Below are positions 18,888-29,128 of a stretch of DNA of 64,000 nucleotides, piece after piece. Numbering within the stretch: the first letter of the stretch is position 1; each line of letters starts with the position of its first letter. The stretch comes from Spirochaetia bacterium (GTDB lineage Bacteria > Spirochaetota > Spirochaetia > UBA9216). The stretch covers positions 2,112,001 to 2,176,000 of the forward strand of contig OY776510.1 in the NCBI GenBank assembly GCA_963675665.1, given 5' to 3'. The notes below the pieces were generated by a model, which had not been told where the DNA came from, did not search any database, and saw only the letters and a list, made by a program, of their open reading frames with translations. The position numbers and the translations under genes were made by a program.

Positions 18888-20292
18888 GCACGCAAAACCC
18901 AAAGGCTTTTATGATCAGTTTCTGCGCAAGGCTCCCGACGGCGGACCGGCAGCGGAAACAACCCATTACTGTCCCGGATGCGGACATGGAACCGTTCATA
19001 AACTGATAGCTGAAGCAATTGACGATATGAATATCGGAGACAGGACAATTTTTCTTTCACCGGTAGGTTGTTCCGTTTTCGCATACTACTATATGGATAC
19101 GGGAAATATTCAATGTGCGCACGGCCGCGCGCCCGCTGTTGGAACAGGCGTGATCCGAAGCCGGGATGATGCCATTGTTATTTCATACCAGGGCGACGGA
19201 GACCTTGCAGGAATAGGCACTGCGGAAATAGTTCATGCGGCAAACCGCGGAGAGAACATGGCCGTCTTTTTTGTGAACAATGCCATTTACGGAATGACCG
19301 GCGGGCAGCTTGCGCCGACAACGCTGCTGGGGCAGACTACCGCTACAACTCCGCTTGGCCGGCTTAAAGACAGGGAAGGCGGCCCCATTCATATGGCTGA
19401 AGTTATCAATGCCCTTGACGGACCTGTTTTTGTTCAAAGGACTACCCTGAGCGATGCCGCAGGCGTTATGAAAACGCGCAAGGCAATAAGGAAAGCCCTG
19501 ACGAATCAGATTGAGCGCAGGGGTTTCAGCTTTGTGGAAATACTTTCGCCATGCCCGGTCGGCTGGAAAATGCCTCCGGTACAGGCCCGCGCATGGATGA
19601 AAGAAAATATGGAAAAAAACTTCGAGGTTAAGCTTTTTCGCGATCGCGAAGATACGAAACGCGGAACAGGCCGGCTTAGACTGCTGGATGATCCTGAGCT
19701 TCTTGAATTGCTTGGTACCGGTGATACGGAAGAGCCCGTTAAGGGATTACCGCTTGAATCGGAAAAGAGAGTAAAGATATCCGGATTCGGAGGGCAGGGA
19801 GTCATGTCGGCAGGAACTCTTCTTGCGAATGCGGCCATTGCCGAGGGGCTTGAGGCTACCTGGCTTCCGTCCTACGGTCCGGAAATGCGCGGCGGCACGG
19901 CAAATGCCTCTGTGGTTATTTCCGATTCCCCTGTGGGTTCTCCCGTTGTGGATGAGCCTACAGCGCTTCTTGCCATGAACGGACCTTCGCTTGATTCATT
20001 CGAAGATGCAGTAAAACCCGGCGGTTTGATAATTGTAAACAGCTCGATTGTAAAGCGCAGGGTAAAACGTGAAGACGTAGATGTAATCTACGCACCGGTA
20101 AGCGCAATAGCATCCGAAGCCGGATTCATAAAAGGCGCAAACATTGTAATGCTTGCGCTTTACATGCTCAAAACCGGCGCGCCCGGAGTTGATGCGCTGA
20201 AGGCTGTAATTCCCAGGATGATTAAGAAAAAAGAGTTTGTTGAAGTGAATTTGAATCTGGTTAAAAAAGCCGAAGAGTTTCAGGCGGAATAA
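18880..20292 (+). CDS. vorA: 2-oxoacid:ferredoxin oxidoreductase beta-gamma fusion (VorA-type)
   Basis: YCPGCGHG, ThDP motif YQGDGD...NN, IYGMTGGQ, SPCP; gamma part GFGGQG, PSYGPEMRGG. Confidence 0.88.
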   Translation: MVKHAKPKGFYDQFLRKAPDGGPAAETTHYCPGCGHGTVHKLIAEAIDDMNIGDRTIFLSPVGCSVFAYYYMDTGNIQCAHGRAPAVGTGVIRSRDDAIVISYQGDGDLAGIGTAEIVHAANRGENMAVFFVNNAIYGMTGGQLAPTTLLGQTTATTPLGRLKDREGGPIHMAEVINALDGPVFVQRTTLSDAAGVMKTRKAIRKALTNQIERRGFSFVEILSPCPVGWKMPPVQARAWMKENMEKNFEVKLFRDREDTKRGTGRLRLLDDPELLELLGTGDTEEPVKGLPLESEKRVKISGFGGQGVMSAGTLLANAAIAEGLEATWLPSYGPEMRGGTANASVVISDSPVGSPVVDEPTALLAMNGPSLDSFEDAVKPGGLIIVNSSIVKRRVKREDVDVIYAPVSAIASEAGFIKGANIVMLALYMLKTGAPGVDALKAVIPRMIKKKEFVEVNLNLVKKAEEFQAE

Positions 20293-20316
20293 TTCCGTAA
20301 TGGTTCTATAAACCGG

Positions 20317-20341
20317 GGCGGCAGCCGTAACGGCTGTCGCC
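20317..20341. terminator. stem-loop between convergent genes
   Basis: GGCGGCAGCCG-TAA-CGGCTGTCGCC. Confidence 0.7.
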
Positions 20342-20342
20342 T

Positions 20343-20915
20343 TTAATCTCTGGGCTTCTGGGGGACCCTGAAAAGCGCATTTGTATCAAATCCCTGCTTT
20401 TCGGCTATCGTTTTCATTTTCGTGAAAAGCTCCTCATCAATTTCCGGTGTTCTTGCAAGCAGCCAGAGGAATTTTCTTGAGTTGTTTCCGACCACTGCCC
20501 AATCGTAGTTTTCCGTATCCAGTCCGATTATCAAGTAGTCGGATGTAAACAGGTTAAAGAATTTTACCTTCAGGGCGGCTGGAACTGCCGGATCGGGAAT
20601 CCATGCAACAGCCTTTACCTGTGTATAACGACCGTTAAGGTCTTTTTTGAATCCGCTGTTTATAACCTGAATTCTGCCGTCGTTTCTCAGCGAGTATTCA
20701 GCTGTAGCTCCGAAGATGTCGTCTTCAAAACTGTGCTGAAACCGCGCAATTTCATACCATCGGCCAAGATACCTCTCTGCATCTACTGTTTCCATAAGTT
20801 TTACCGGAGCCATACCTTCAGGAGGGATCGAGGCACATGAAGAAAAAATACCCAGAAGCAGTGCCGCAGTGATAACCATGGGGATTGGTCGTTCATAAAT
20901 TGAACATTTATTCAT
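20343..20915 (-). CDS. blc: lipocalin lipoprotein (Blc-like)
   Basis: Lipobox FSSC, RYLGRWYEIAR, LWLLARTP. Confidence 0.9.
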   Translation of the reverse strand: MNKCSIYERPIPMVITAALLLGIFSSCASIPPEGMAPVKLMETVDAERYLGRWYEIARFQHSFEDDIFGATAEYSLRNDGRIQVINSGFKKDLNGRYTQVKAVAWIPDPAVPAALKVKFFNLFTSDYLIIGLDTENYDWAVVGNNSRKFLWLLARTPEIDEELFTKMKTIAEKQGFDTNALFRVPQKPRD

Positions 20916-20983
20916 TTTTGCTCTCCTTAAAAAATAAATTAATTACAGAATGTACATATGGTTTGGGCCGATTATTGTTCCAT

Positions 20984-22522
20984 TTAAAGCAATTTCTTAT
21001 ATGCTTCTATTGAATCAAGAAAGGCATCTACCACTGCCGGATCAAAATGCTCCCCGCGTTCTTTTTTTACTTCCCGGATTACCTCATCTATCGGCCAGGC
21101 CTTTTTATAACAGCGTTGATTGGCCAGGGCATCGACTACGTCGACGAAAGCGGTTATTCTTCCGAATATGTGGATTTCTTCGCCGCGCAGCCCCTGCGGA
21201 TATCCGGTGCCGTTCCATTTTTCATGATGTTGATGGGCAACTATTGCCGCCGCTGCCATTGTTCCGAGTGATGATTTTCTGAAAATGTTGTATCCGATTT
21301 CGGCATGTTTTTTTACTATCTGATATTCTTCAGGAGTCAGCCGCGACGGTTTATTTAGAACTGAGTCGGGAATTCCCACCTTTCCGATATCATGCATCGG
21401 CGCTGTAAGACGCAGTGTCTCAATGTCAGCCTTGCTTAACCCCAGTTTTTCTCCAAGCAAACAGGCAGTTTCGGTTACCCGCCGGATATGTTCAACAGTT
21501 TCTTTCGAGCGTCCTTCAACAACTTCGGAAAACGTGAAGATTATTTCCTTTTGTGTAGCGCTAAGTTCATTATTCATTGATATATTCTCAAATGCCGCGG
21601 CTACATTTGTGCTGAAGATCGAAATCAAATTCCGATCTGTCTCCGTTATCTTTCTCTTCCACTGCAACAGAAGCAGGTTTTTCTCGCCCTTGTGGGATTC
21701 ATAGTAGCCGATGTAAGAAGTCGGGGTGAAAATACTTTTATGTTGCTCAACCGCCTTCATGAGTTGTAAATAAATTTTCTCTGGAATGACATCAGCAATA
21801 CTACAGTTTTCTTTACCAGAGTATATTCCAGTTGCTGCCTGGATAGTATAATCATTTTTTCGATATTCCTGTATCGCGGACAGGCTTGAATAGATAATAT
21901 AGAGGGAATCTTCGTCAAGCCCGAGAATTGAGGTCATCTGCTGAAGAATTCCCGACGCAAATTGATTGAATGAATGGAGTTCAAACAGTCTGCTTGAAGC
22001 ATTGATGACTGTTTCGAGTCCTTTTTTATTTCTGGTTATAGTGTCTATATGTTTATAATCTCTCAAAGATGTTGTAATCACCGTAAACAGTTTCTGAGAT
22101 GTCAGTTCGCTCTTGGCCTTATAGTCATTTATCTCATAGTTGACGATAATTTCCTTTTCCGGGGCCTGTCCAGGCTGACCTGTGCGAAGGATAATTCTTA
22201 CAGCTGAATTTCTAAGGTTCTCCCTGATATCTCTGGCGCATTTAAGCCCTGCATCATCTGTTTCCATAACAACATCAAGAAGAACAAGGGCAATGTCATT
22301 TTCGCGGGAAAGAATATCTATGGCTTCCCTTCCCGAATATGCACTTAGAATCTGAATTGAACGATTTTCGAAGACATAATCTTTCAGAACCAGCCTTGTA
22401 AGAGCATGAATTACCTCTTCATCGTCAGCAACCAGGATTTTCCATGGAGAGGCTTCATATTCCGGCTGCTTTTTGATAATATCTTTTTGGAAAACAATTT
22501 TTTCGTTATTGTTTTTATTCAA
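20984..22522 (-). CDS. response regulator REC-DUF3369-HD-GYP c-di-GMP phosphodiesterase
   Basis: LLDVVMET, LRTGQPG, HDIGK, HHEKWNGTGYP; TTG start adjacent to the kinase stop. Confidence 0.9.
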   Translation of the reverse strand: MNKNNNEKIVFQKDIIKKQPEYEASPWKILVADDEEVIHALTRLVLKDYVFENRSIQILSAYSGREAIDILSRENDIALVLLDVVMETDDAGLKCARDIRENLRNSAVRIILRTGQPGQAPEKEIIVNYEINDYKAKSELTSQKLFTVITTSLRDYKHIDTITRNKKGLETVINASSRLFELHSFNQFASGILQQMTSILGLDEDSLYIIYSSLSAIQEYRKNDYTIQAATGIYSGKENCSIADVIPEKIYLQLMKAVEQHKSIFTPTSYIGYYESHKGEKNLLLLQWKRKITETDRNLISIFSTNVAAAFENISMNNELSATQKEIIFTFSEVVEGRSKETVEHIRRVTETACLLGEKLGLSKADIETLRLTAPMHDIGKVGIPDSVLNKPSRLTPEEYQIVKKHAEIGYNIFRKSSLGTMAAAAIVAHQHHEKWNGTGYPQGLRGEEIHIFGRITAFVDVVDALANQRCYKKAWPIDEVIREVKKERGEHFDPAVVDAFLDSIEAYKKLL

Positions 22523-25066
22523 TTAAATCCCCTCCACCCGAGAAAGGTCGCTGTTGAATATTATTTCGAATTCAGTGCCGTCCTTTTCTTTGCTTCTGCA
22601 GACAATTTTTCCTCCGAGTGTCTGCGTTACAAGATTGTAAACGATATGCATGCCCAGGCCGCTGCTGCCTTCTCCGCGCCTGGTTGTAAAAAACGGATTG
22701 AATATTTTTTTCAGATTTTCACGGGGTATGCCGATTCCGTTGTCTCTGTATAGCAGTTTGATTTTATCTGCCTCTTCGGTTATCTCTATCTTTATTTCTC
22801 CGGAAGAAGTATTCTCAAATCCGTGTTTAATTGAATTGATTATCAGGTTTGTCAGAATCTGGGATAGTGTTCCGGGATATCCGTTTATCACAATATCGGG
22901 ATTGCAGTTGACATATATTGAGTGTTGCGTCTTTTTCAGCTTGGGTCGCAGGCTTGTCAGAATGTCGTCGATATACTCTTTGATATTGAACCTGCGTAAA
23001 GATTCATCCGACTGATCAACAGCAATAAGTTTAAAACTCTGAATAAGTTCAGCCGAGCGATTCATATTAGCCAGCAACATTCTGGAACTGCCTAATGCTG
23101 TATCGATGTAATCGTCAAAATCTCCCCGTGTCAGTTCATCGGAGTTATATTTTTCATTGAAAACATTCGTTTGTTCTTCCAGATGAGATGCTGCAGTTAC
23201 TGCGACGCCTATTGGCGTGTTTATTTCATGGGCAATCCCCGCAACAAGATTTCCCAAAGCCGACATCTTTTCAGACTCTATAAGGAAATCTTTTGTTTGA
23301 TTAAGTTCTTCTATTGTTCTGTTAAGTATCTCGGTCCGTTCGGAAACTAGATTTTCAAGGTTTTCCTTATGTTCTGTTAATTCAATGTTGGTTTTAGAGA
23401 GCTGTTCTGTAAGAATCTTCAGTTCTTCCTCGTCTTCTTTCATCTTTGTAATATCCTGGCCAAATACAATTATATTCCGGCTGTTTTCACTTAACAGGGT
23501 ATACCATGCAATAATCTTTTGTTCTCCTGCTTTGGTGATCACAGGCAGCTCATAATCTACAAGTTCTTTTTTTAACGTTTTTTCAAATAGAGATTCCCGG
23601 ATCTCTTCTTTTATATTACTAAAGAAGAGAATACTGCAATTTTTCCCTATAATTTCATCCTTGCTGTAGCCGGTTATTTTTTCGCCGGCGGGATTAATGA
23701 AAATAATTTCCCCGTCGTTATCGATTCCGCAGATGATGTATGGAGATTTATTGATGATATCCATCGAATAATCGTGTTGACGCTTCAGCTCCTTTCTTGA
23801 TCTGTTTATTGATTCAAGCATCCTGTTCATTGTTGTGCTCAGCATGAATATTTCATTTGTGCCTGTTTGAGGAATCGGATCAACCGGAATTCCGTTTTCG
23901 TCGGTGTCGTTAATTGAGGAAATAAGCTGATTAAGCGGTTTTGTAATGCTTCTGGACACATACAACGAGACTATCAGGGCTATAAAAAGAAGCGATGCTG
24001 AAAATAGAATCAGTCTCCTGGTAAGCCCGGATATTTTATTTTCAAAATCATCTATATAAAAGGTGGTTGCAATATACCATTGCAGCGGTTCGTAATATGT
24101 AACATATGTCCTCTTGCGATAGATATACTTGTTCTCCCGTCCCGGTTTATCCCATCTGTATTCCATATAAAGTTCAGGCTTATTTACCTGCTGTTTCAGT
24201 TCGCCGAGCAGTTTTTTGCCTGTGTCGGGATTGAACAAAGTATTTCCGTCTATATTCTGTTTATTCGGATGAACAAGGAGTTTGTTGTCTTCGTTAAAAA
24301 TGAACGAATATCCGCTTTCTCCTATGCCTGTTTTGGCTATTGTATTGTTCAGTTCTGCAATAACGGCATCAATTCGATCATTAACATCCTTTTCCAGATC
24401 GTCTATGTAAACCCCGGTGCCTATAATCCAGTTCCAGGGTTCAAATAATCTGACGAACGACATTTTTGGTTGACGTTCGGTAAGTCCTGTTTCCGTGGGT
24501 TTGGGCCAAAGATAATCAATATAACCCTCACCCTCACTGAGACATATATCAACCGCAGCTTTAAAGAGGTTCTCATTTTTGCCCTGTGCGCAGTTGAATT
24601 CGGGAGCGTCGAGAATTTTACCGTCCAGTTCAGGCAGGGTCGGGTGCATGATCATAACCGGAAAGGGCTTTTCAGTATTATTTATCCAGAAGTACCCGAC
24701 TTTCTCATTTGTGCGTATCTTCTGAATTATTCTGACGACTTCTGCTTTTGCAGCCTCTTCGGCTATATCTCCTTCCTGAAATCTGAAATATGCATCATTT
24801 ATCAGGGTAAATACTACATCCATGCTGCTTTTGAGTTCCTGTTTTCTTCGATTGAGAACAGCTGATTCATGGTATCTAATACTGTCATATTGAGATTCAA
24901 CATACTTTTTTGCCATATCCCTGTGATCCAGTGCATACGTTTCAAAAACTTCAGCAATTTCCTGTGTTGCTTTATAATTGAAAAGCAGGGTTAGGCTAAT
25001 CAGGGATATAATTAGGATTCCAAGTATTGAAACAATAATTCTTGTTTTTAAAGATTTTAAAAACAT
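22523..25066 (-). CDS. membrane sensor histidine kinase, Cache-Cache-HAMP-PAS-HisKA-HATPase
   Basis: GYFWIN...MHP, WIIGTGVY Cache motifs; IAHEINTP, NSIKHG, DNGIG, GLGMHIV. Confidence 0.92.
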   Translation of the reverse strand: MFLKSLKTRIIVSILGILIISLISLTLLFNYKATQEIAEVFETYALDHRDMAKKYVESQYDSIRYHESAVLNRRKQELKSSMDVVFTLINDAYFRFQEGDIAEEAAKAEVVRIIQKIRTNEKVGYFWINNTEKPFPVMIMHPTLPELDGKILDAPEFNCAQGKNENLFKAAVDICLSEGEGYIDYLWPKPTETGLTERQPKMSFVRLFEPWNWIIGTGVYIDDLEKDVNDRIDAVIAELNNTIAKTGIGESGYSFIFNEDNKLLVHPNKQNIDGNTLFNPDTGKKLLGELKQQVNKPELYMEYRWDKPGRENKYIYRKRTYVTYYEPLQWYIATTFYIDDFENKISGLTRRLILFSASLLFIALIVSLYVSRSITKPLNQLISSINDTDENGIPVDPIPQTGTNEIFMLSTTMNRMLESINRSRKELKRQHDYSMDIINKSPYIICGIDNDGEIIFINPAGEKITGYSKDEIIGKNCSILFFSNIKEEIRESLFEKTLKKELVDYELPVITKAGEQKIIAWYTLLSENSRNIIVFGQDITKMKEDEEELKILTEQLSKTNIELTEHKENLENLVSERTEILNRTIEELNQTKDFLIESEKMSALGNLVAGIAHEINTPIGVAVTAASHLEEQTNVFNEKYNSDELTRGDFDDYIDTALGSSRMLLANMNRSAELIQSFKLIAVDQSDESLRRFNIKEYIDDILTSLRPKLKKTQHSIYVNCNPDIVINGYPGTLSQILTNLIINSIKHGFENTSSGEIKIEITEEADKIKLLYRDNGIGIPRENLKKIFNPFFTTRRGEGSSGLGMHIVYNLVTQTLGGKIVCRSKEKDGTEFEIIFNSDLSRVEGI

Positions 25067-25249
25067 ATTAATCCATGCTCACCATAATTTGTTCTAAACA
25101 GCAAAGTTTACTTAAATGATAATGGAAATAAAAGTGAAAGCAATAGTGAAAAAGAATTTTTCGGTAAAACATTCGATAGAACCCAAAAGCTTCCGGTTTG
25201 TAAAATGCAAAATGAATGAGTAGAAGGAAATATCGTTTTATACAAAAAG

Positions 25250-25541
25250 GCTAAGTGGAGTTTGTCGAAGACAAACTCCAAAATGAATGGATAAAGAACG
25301 AATTTATCTTTGAATGAAACAGCTTAATGGAGTTTGTCGAATGCAAACTCCAAAATGAATTGATAAAGAATGAATTTATCTTTGAATGAAACAGCTTAAT
25401 GGAGTTTGTCGAAGACAAACTCCAAAATGAATTGATAAAGAATGAATTTATCTTTGAATGAAAAAGCTAAGTGGAGTTTGTCGAAGGCAAACTCCAAAAT
25501 GAATTGATAAAAAAAGATTTATCTTTTTTTATCAATTCATT
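25250..25541 (+). repeat. tandem array of four ~72-bp palindromic units
   Basis: TGGAGTTTGTC-GAA-(GA/TG/GG)CAAACTCCA starts at 25256, 25328, 25400 and 25472. Intervening sequence is nearly identical between units. Confidence 0.95.
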
Positions 25542-25543
25542 AC

Positions 25544-25600
25544 TTGACATGCAAACCCAACGGAAATACAATAGAAAGAGAAAAGAAAGCAAATAGAAAG
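25544..25600 (+). promoter_or_regulatory. deoR operon promoter with phased GAAA(G) operator
   Basis: TTGACA-17-TACAAT. GAAA(G) at 25563, 25574, 25585 and 25596. Confidence 0.78.
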
Positions 25601-25613
25601 CAGATGGAGTATT

Positions 25614-26366
25614 ATGCACAATCTTACGGAAAGAGAAAAGAAGATACTTGAGATCCTCGCAGAGGAAGGAAAGATCGGCGTTACCGAGATAAGCGAGCGG
25701 CTGAATGTCTCAAAGGTAACTATCAGAAGCGATTTTGCAAGCCTCGTTGAAAAAGGTGTGATCTACAAAACCCATGGGGGAGCGGTTCCCGCAATGCATC
25801 CGGCTATTCTTGAGCGTCAGCGTGATATGAGCGATGTAAAAAGAGCAATTGCCAGAGAGGCGGCATCAATGGTTGAAGACGGCGATACTATCATGATTGT
25901 AGCCGGAACCACTACTGCTCTGATTGGAAACTATCTTCTTGGAAAGCGGGACATCCGAATTGTAACCAATTCAACCCTTTTGCTTCCATATGCAAGAATG
26001 AACCCGAGTCTGCATTTGACGATTGTAGGCGGAGAGTTCAGACCTCAGGCTGAAGCAATGGTCGGCCCCGAGACCATACGCCAGCTCGAAGAGTTTCATG
26101 TTAAGAAGGCTTTTATCGGTACGGAAGGTTTTTCCTGTGAAGCAGGACTTACCACACAGCTGATAGAAAGCTCCGAAACAATCAGAAAGATGGTTGAGTG
26201 TACCGAACAGGCTATAATGGTAGCTGATTCGGGCAAATATAATAAAATCGGTTTTGTGAAAATTCTTCCGCTTGAAAGTATGAATCTAATAATAACTGAT
26301 AAAGGTCTCGATCCGGCGGTCCAGAAAGAATTTAAAGAGAAAGGACTAAATCTGAGATTAGTCTGA
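25614..26366 (+). CDS. DeoR/GlpR family transcriptional regulator
   Basis: VSKVTIRSD..L...G...KTHGGA, AGTTT, VTNS, ADSGK. Confidence 0.95.
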   Translation: MHNLTEREKKILEILAEEGKIGVTEISERLNVSKVTIRSDFASLVEKGVIYKTHGGAVPAMHPAILERQRDMSDVKRAIAREAASMVEDGDTIMIVAGTTTALIGNYLLGKRDIRIVTNSTLLLPYARMNPSLHLTIVGGEFRPQAEAMVGPETIRQLEEFHVKKAFIGTEGFSCEAGLTTQLIESSETIRKMVECTEQAIMVADSGKYNKIGFVKILPLESMNLIITDKGLDPAVQKEFKEKGLNLRLV

Positions 26367-26378
26367 TAAGGAGGGAAT

Positions 26379-27767
26379 ATGGCAACGGCGTTACTGATGC
26401 CCAAACAGGGTAATTCGGTTGAATCATGTATCATTCTAGAATGGGTCAAAAAAGAGGGTGATACAGTCAAGACCGGCGAGACGGTTCTTGAAGCCGAAAC
26501 AGACAAGGCTACAATAGAAGTTGAAGCTGTCTGCGACGGTACTATTCTTAAAACATATTACGATGTTGATTCGGATGTTCCGGTTCAGAAAATAATAGCA
26601 GTTATCGGTGAACCAGGAGAAGATATCAGCAGTTTTGATGTTGAGGCGGCAGCTGATGCACCGGCAGGCGCAACTGCACCCGCAGCAACTCCGGCTGAAA
26701 CAGCACAGGAACAGATTGAACCGGCGGCAGTTCAGACGGCAGCGGCCCCTAAACAGGCTGTATCTGCAGGAAGCGAAGGCGCAGCCTCTCCGAGGGCAAG
26801 AAATCTCGCCGCAGGAAAGGGTGTGGATGTGACGGCACTTGCCGGTACTGGCCCGAAAGGACGGGTTATTGAGCGTGATGTTCTGATTGCTGCAGGAGAG
26901 ACCCAGCCTCTGACGCCCGCAGCAGCTGCTGCACTGATTGAACAGGGGCTGCAGGCCCCGGTTACAGGCAGCGGTATCGGCGGCCGCGTCAGGCTTCAGG
27001 ACCTTCAGGCGGGAACTGTATCCGCTGCTTCACCAGCCGCAGCAGCCCTTGCTGCCGGAAGCAGTTTTCCGGGCGGTTTCAGGGATGAAAAGGTCAAGGG
27101 TGTACGCAAAATTACAGCAGCCCGTATGATGGAATCATTAAGTGTTACTGCACAGCTTACTCACAGCTTCAGTGCCCTTGCCGAACCTCTGCTGGCCTAC
27201 CGTAAAAAGCTTAAATCGTCGCCTGAAGAACTCGGTCTTAATAAGGTAAGCATAAACGATATTCTGATGTATGTTGTCTCAAGAGTGCTTAAAAGCTTTC
27301 CCGGGTTCAATGCGCACTGGTACGGTGATTCAATGCGCTTTTTTGACAGTGTTCACCTCGGGTTTGCATGTGATACTCCCAAGGGGCTTTTGGTTCCGGT
27401 AATTAAATTCGCCGACAGACTCAGTCTTAAGCAGCTGTCTGATGAATCAGCAAGACTTATTACCGCATGTCGTGAGGGCAAGGCTCAGCCGGAAGAGCTG
27501 ACGGGAGCTACCTTTACAATGAGCAATGTCGGATCTTTCGGTATCGACAGCTTTACTCCTATAATAAATCCGCCGGAGGTTGCAATTCTCGGTGTCTGCT
27601 CTACGCAGCTTAAACCGGTCAGGACCGAAAACGGAGTTGATTATAAGGATTACATTGGATTTTCGCTTACATATGATCACCAGGCAAATGACGGCGCCCC
27701 GGCGTCAAAATTCTGCGCAGCTGTAATCAGGGCTGTTGAGAACCTTGATTTATACCTGGCAATGTAA
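26379..27767 (+). CDS. dihydrolipoamide acyltransferase (E2)
   Basis: Lipoyl ETDKA, E3-binding ASPRAR..GTGPKGRV, catalytic PIINPPEVAILG and TYDHQANDG. Confidence 0.93.
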   Translation: MATALLMPKQGNSVESCIILEWVKKEGDTVKTGETVLEAETDKATIEVEAVCDGTILKTYYDVDSDVPVQKIIAVIGEPGEDISSFDVEAAADAPAGATAPAATPAETAQEQIEPAAVQTAAAPKQAVSAGSEGAASPRARNLAAGKGVDVTALAGTGPKGRVIERDVLIAAGETQPLTPAAAAALIEQGLQAPVTGSGIGGRVRLQDLQAGTVSAASPAAAALAAGSSFPGGFRDEKVKGVRKITAARMMESLSVTAQLTHSFSALAEPLLAYRKKLKSSPEELGLNKVSINDILMYVVSRVLKSFPGFNAHWYGDSMRFFDSVHLGFACDTPKGLLVPVIKFADRLSLKQLSDESARLITACREGKAQPEELTGATFTMSNVGSFGIDSFTPIINPPEVAILGVCSTQLKPVRTENGVDYKDYIGFSLTYDHQANDGAPASKFCAAVIRAVENLDLYLAM

Positions 27768-27781
27768 CGGGAGGGCGACTG

Positions 27782-29128
27782 ATGTATGATCTTATAGTTA
27801 TTGGAGCCGGTCCGGCAGGTTATATTGCCGCCGAGAGAGCCGGTCATATGGGTAAAAAAGTCCTCATTGTTGAAAAGGAATATCTGGGCGGAGTATGCAC
27901 CAATTACGGTTGCATACCGACAAAAAGCCTTCTGAATTCGGCAAAGCATTTTGTTTACGGACAGGAAGCCGGGCAGTTCGGCGTTCACTTCGACAATCCC
28001 CGTTTTGACTTTCCCGAGGCAATGGCCTGGAAGAACGAAACGGTTGAAACTCTCAGAAAGGGAATTGCCTTTCTGATGAAACAGGGCAAGGTTGATGTTG
28101 TAATGGGCGAGGCGCAGTTTGAGTCTGCAGGCCCCGGTAATAAAAAGATAAATGTTAACGGCACAGCCTATGAAGGCAGCAATCTTCTGATTGCTACCGG
28201 TTCCACGGCCTTTGTCCCGCCGATACCGGGCGCTGACGGTCCCAATGTAGTAACAAACCGCGAGATCCTGAATCTTGAAAAGCTTCCGAAAAAGCTTGCA
28301 GTAATAGGCGGCGGAGTAATCGGCGTTGAATTTGCTTCATTTTTCAGCAGTGTAGGCGTTGAAGTTCATGTAGTGGAGATGATGGATGAGATATGCCCGA
28401 TGATGGACGGCGAAGCGGCTGAACTTCTTCGAAAGAAAATGAGCAAGGTTGATTTTCGGCTGGGCGCCAGGGTTACTGAAGTCACTGCCGACGGTGTTAA
28501 GTTTGAGAAAGACGGTTCTGAATCATTTATCAAATCTGATCTTGTTCTTGTGTCGGTAGGCAGAAAGCCAATTACAACCGGACTTGAAAACCTGGGCCTT
28601 GATATCGGCCGGGGCGGAATTGTAGTGGATGAAAGAATGCGAACTAATTTTCCAGGAGTATATGCTGCAGGTGATGTTACAGGCAAATCGCTTCTGGCCC
28701 ATTCAGCTTCCCGAATGGCCGAAGTAGCCGTAATGGATATGTTCGGCAATAACAAGGAAGGAAACCGTATGCGGTACAACGCAGTGCCCTGGGCAGTTTA
28801 TACCAACCCGGAGGTTGCCGGCTGCGGGATGACCGACACTGAAGCCAAAGAAGCAGGCTTCAATGTTAAATCGGCTTCAATGCAGATGCGCGCAAACGGA
28901 AGGTTTCTGGCTGAACACGGAAAGGACGCAGGTTTCTGCAAGGTTGTTTCAGATGCTGATACGGGGCTTGTCCTCGGAGTTCATATGATAGGGGCTGTAT
29001 GTTCCGAAATGATTGGAACAGCTGCGACCTTTATTGAGGCTGAGCTCAGGGTTCAGGACATAAGGGAGATAATTTTCCCGCATCCGTCTGTCTCCGAGAT
29101 CATTAAAGATGTTTGCTGGATAATATAA
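27782..29128 (+). CDS. lpdA: dihydrolipoyl dehydrogenase (E3)
   Basis: GAGPAG, GGVCTNYGCIPTK, GGGVIG, HPSVSE. Confidence 0.95.
   Translation: MYDLIVIGAGPAGYIAAERAGHMGKKVLIVEKEYLGGVCTNYGCIPTKSLLNSAKHFVYGQEAGQFGVHFDNPRFDFPEAMAWKNETVETLRKGIAFLMKQGKVDVVMGEAQFESAGPGNKKINVNGTAYEGSNLLIATGSTAFVPPIPGADGPNVVTNREILNLEKLPKKLAVIGGGVIGVEFASFFSSVGVEVHVVEMMDEICPMMDGEAAELLRKKMSKVDFRLGARVTEVTADGVKFEKDGSESFIKSDLVLVSVGRKPITTGLENLGLDIGRGGIVVDERMRTNFPGVYAAGDVTGKSLLAHSASRMAEVAVMDMFGNNKEGNRMRYNAVPWAVYTNPEVAGCGMTDTEAKEAGFNVKSASMQMRANGRFLAEHGKDAGFCKVVSDADTGLVLGVHMIGAVCSEMIGTAATFIEAELRVQDIREIIFPHPSVSEIIKDVCWII

Noticed and set aside
25250-25541. CRISPR array
   Set aside because: The sequences between the palindromes are near-identical rather than unique spacers, and there are no cas genes in the window.
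27661-27696. Inactive E2 because DHR is changed to DHQ
   Set aside because: The catalytic His and the downstream DG are retained, so there is no evidence of inactivation.
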